DNA of 64,000 nucleotides from an uncultured Holophagales bacterium (GTDB lineage Bacteria; Acidobacteriota; Thermoanaerobaculia; Multivoradales; UBA5704): NCBI GenBank assembly GCA_963842525.1, contig CAWJGT010000001.1, positions 32,001 to 96,000 of the forward strand, read 5' to 3'. Shown piece by piece: positions 60,478 to 64,000 of this stretch (position 1 is its first letter; each line of letters starts with the position of its first letter). The notes under the pieces were generated by a model. It saw only the letters and a program-made list of their open reading frames with translations, ran no database searches and was not told where the DNA came from. The position numbers and the translations under genes were made by a program.

Positions 60478-61901
60478 GCGACGCGGTCTTCCCTGATCGC
60501 ATCACGCAGCTCCGTGCCCGGTGGGAGGGGGATCCCAGCTCCCGGATCTTCCTGCAGCTCGCGGAGGAGTACCGCCATCTCGGACGGGTCCGGGAGGCTC
60601 TCGACGTGCTCGACCGGGGCCTCAAGGAGCATGCGGGGTACCTGTCCGCCCTGGTGGCCAAGGGGCGCTGCCACCTGGAGCTGGGCGAGGGGGAGGCGGC
60701 GCGCGGCGTGCTGGAACGCGTGGTCAAGCAGGACGCGACGCAGATGGTGGCCAACAAGCTGCTGGTGCGGGCCTATCTCGAGACCGGCGAACCCGCCAAG
60801 GCGCGCGAGCGGCTGGACCTCTACAGCCTGCTCAACGACAGCGACCCCGAGATCGAGGAGCTGCGCCGGCGCATCCGGACTCTGGACCGTTCGCCCCAGG
60901 CCAGCCCTCCGACGGGAGCATCGAGCCCCATGGCAGAAGCCGACCCCTTGTCCCTGCTGTCCAGGCCCGCCCGCCGTCCCGAGGCCGCGGCCGACATCTT
61001 CGACCTCGGCGGGCCGCCGGGCCCGCGCCGCAAGGTGGACGACGTCTTCGCCCTCGACGAGACCGCGTCCATACCGGTTGCAGCGCCTCAGGTCATCGCG
61101 CCGGAGCCGGCCCTCGCCATCGAGGCACTGGAACAGGAGCCGGAAGAGGAGACGGAGACGGACGGCGATCTGTTCCCCGGTCTCGCCTCGCGGGACCGGC
61201 GGCGGCGTTATCTGGAGGCCCTCTCCGCGGAGGGGCTCTTCGCGGCCTCCCTCCCCGAGCCCGTCGCGCCGGAGCCGCCGGCACCGGTCGCGGACCTCGC
61301 ACCGCCGTTCCCCGCGCCCGGGCCGCTGCCGGTCCCCGAGGCCGTGCTTCTGGAGCCACCGGTGACGCTGGAGGAGCCCTCCTGGCTGGAAGAGGCCGCG
61401 GCAATCGCCCCCTCACCCCTCTCACCACCGGCTCCGGAGCCGCTCGATTTCCCGTCCTTCGCGCCGCCGGCTCCGCCTCCCGCCGGGGAGGAGGACCTGT
61501 GGGTCGAGGAGGCCCCGGCACCCTGGTCTCCCGCACCCGCCGCGGAGCCGTCCCTGCCGGAGCTGCCATCCATCGAGCCGCCCGCGCCCGCGTCGGCCGC
61601 GACCGCCACCCTCGGCGAGCTCTACCTGCGCCAGGGTCATCACCAGGAGGCGGAGCGGATCTTCCAGGAGGTCCTGCGCCGCGAGCCGGACAACGCCGCG
61701 GCGCACGCCGGGCTCGAGCGCCTCGCCGGCATGCCGCAGCCGGGCCCGCAGGAGGCGCCGCCGCTCGACGCCGAGCAACTCCTCGCGGGCTATCGGCCCG
61801 GACCGCAGGACACCGGCCCGGCCGGGGTGCGCACGCGCAAGGCCTTCCTCCTGAACCGGTATCTCGAACGCCTGCGGGGGAGCGGATCGCATGTTTCTTG
61901 A
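60474..61901 (+). CDS. TPR protein with Pro/Glu-rich linker
   Basis: DPSSRIFLQLAEEYR N-terminal TPRs; TATLGELYLRQGH C-terminal TPR. Confidence 0.85.
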   Translation: MSDAVFPDRITQLRARWEGDPSSRIFLQLAEEYRHLGRVREALDVLDRGLKEHAGYLSALVAKGRCHLELGEGEAARGVLERVVKQDATQMVANKLLVRAYLETGEPAKARERLDLYSLLNDSDPEIEELRRRIRTLDRSPQASPPTGASSPMAEADPLSLLSRPARRPEAAADIFDLGGPPGPRRKVDDVFALDETASIPVAAPQVIAPEPALAIEALEQEPEEETETDGDLFPGLASRDRRRRYLEALSAEGLFAASLPEPVAPEPPAPVADLAPPFPAPGPLPVPEAVLLEPPVTLEEPSWLEEAAAIAPSPLSPPAPEPLDFPSFAPPAPPPAGEEDLWVEEAPAPWSPAPAAEPSLPELPSIEPPAPASAATATLGELYLRQGHHQEAERIFQEVLRREPDNAAAHAGLERLAGMPQPGPQEAPPLDAEQLLAGYRPGPQDTGPAGVRTRKAFLLNRYLERLRGSGSHVS

Positions 61902-62247
61902 GCAGCTCAGCCGCATCAGCAACCGGGTCGACGGGGCGCTCGCCCTGTCGCTGGTGGCCAAGGACGGCATGCCGGTCGAGTCGGTGAGCTCGGACCCCAA
62001 TATCGACCTCGAGGTGCTCGCCGCCGAGCTGGTGGCACAGGCGCGGACGATCTCCGACAACCACCGCGAGCTCGAAGCGGGCGACGTGCAGTGCTTCTCC
62101 GTCGCCACCGATCGCTTCACCGTGATGGTAAGCTCCGTCGCTGCGGACTATTATCTGCTCCTCGTGCTGGGCCCGGAGGGCAACTACGGGCGGGCCCGGT
62201 TCGAGCTCCGGCGGGCGCGCCTGCTCCTCGAGAGAGAGCTCTCCTGA
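61891..62247 (+). CDS. Roadblock/LC7 domain protein
   Basis: VDGALALSLVAKDGMPVE...GNYGRARFELRR. Confidence 0.85.
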   Translation: MFLEQLSRISNRVDGALALSLVAKDGMPVESVSSDPNIDLEVLAAELVAQARTISDNHRELEAGDVQCFSVATDRFTVMVSSVAADYYLLLVLGPEGNYGRARFELRRARLLLERELS

Positions 62248-62295
62248 GGCGCGGGACCTGGTCGCGGCCCCCGGCATTCGCAAAGGGGCTCTATC

Positions 62296-62826
<531 letters not shown>

Positions 62827-62835
62827 GGTCCAGGG

Positions 62836-64000
<1,165 letters not shown>

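Overview
GC-rich chromosomal window, most likely from an Acidobacteriota genome (it has an orphan duplicated MacB/FtsX 'ADOP' permease, and the XRE-TPR and CHAT-TPR paralogue style suggests Thermoanaerobaculia). It runs from groES-groEL to accB-accC. Housekeeping genes (ade, ampG, dynamin-like GTPase, ada-alkA, peptidases, SDR) alternate with accessory blocks. Main sequence-level results: (1) four non-CRISPR tracts with 21-bp phasing (approx. 1982-2143; 2200-2436 continuing at 10221-10250; approx. 20070-20620; 44538-44810), two of them directly upstream of small helical or wHTH orphan genes. (2) A 7.8-kb IS1-family cargo transposon (2437-10220; 31-bp TIRs, 8-bp TSD) and a 35-bp TIR-only mini-element, both inserted into these arrays. 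(3) Two XRE-HTH/TPR regulators flanking a secreted precursor with three GCSVDPxGRC cores, resembling RRNPP peptide signalling. (4) An IS110/IS1111 element inserted in a GTAG REP, with target and donor guide segments readable in its 3' non-coding region. (5) Candidate conflict modules: DUF6978-DUF1828/1829, AAA_21-DUF4276, and CHAT-TPR with a partner gene and an S8 protease. (6) Several genes collapsed by large internal deletions. The many single-base frameshifts are probably long-read consensus errors. Family names come from motif recognition only; no database searches were run.
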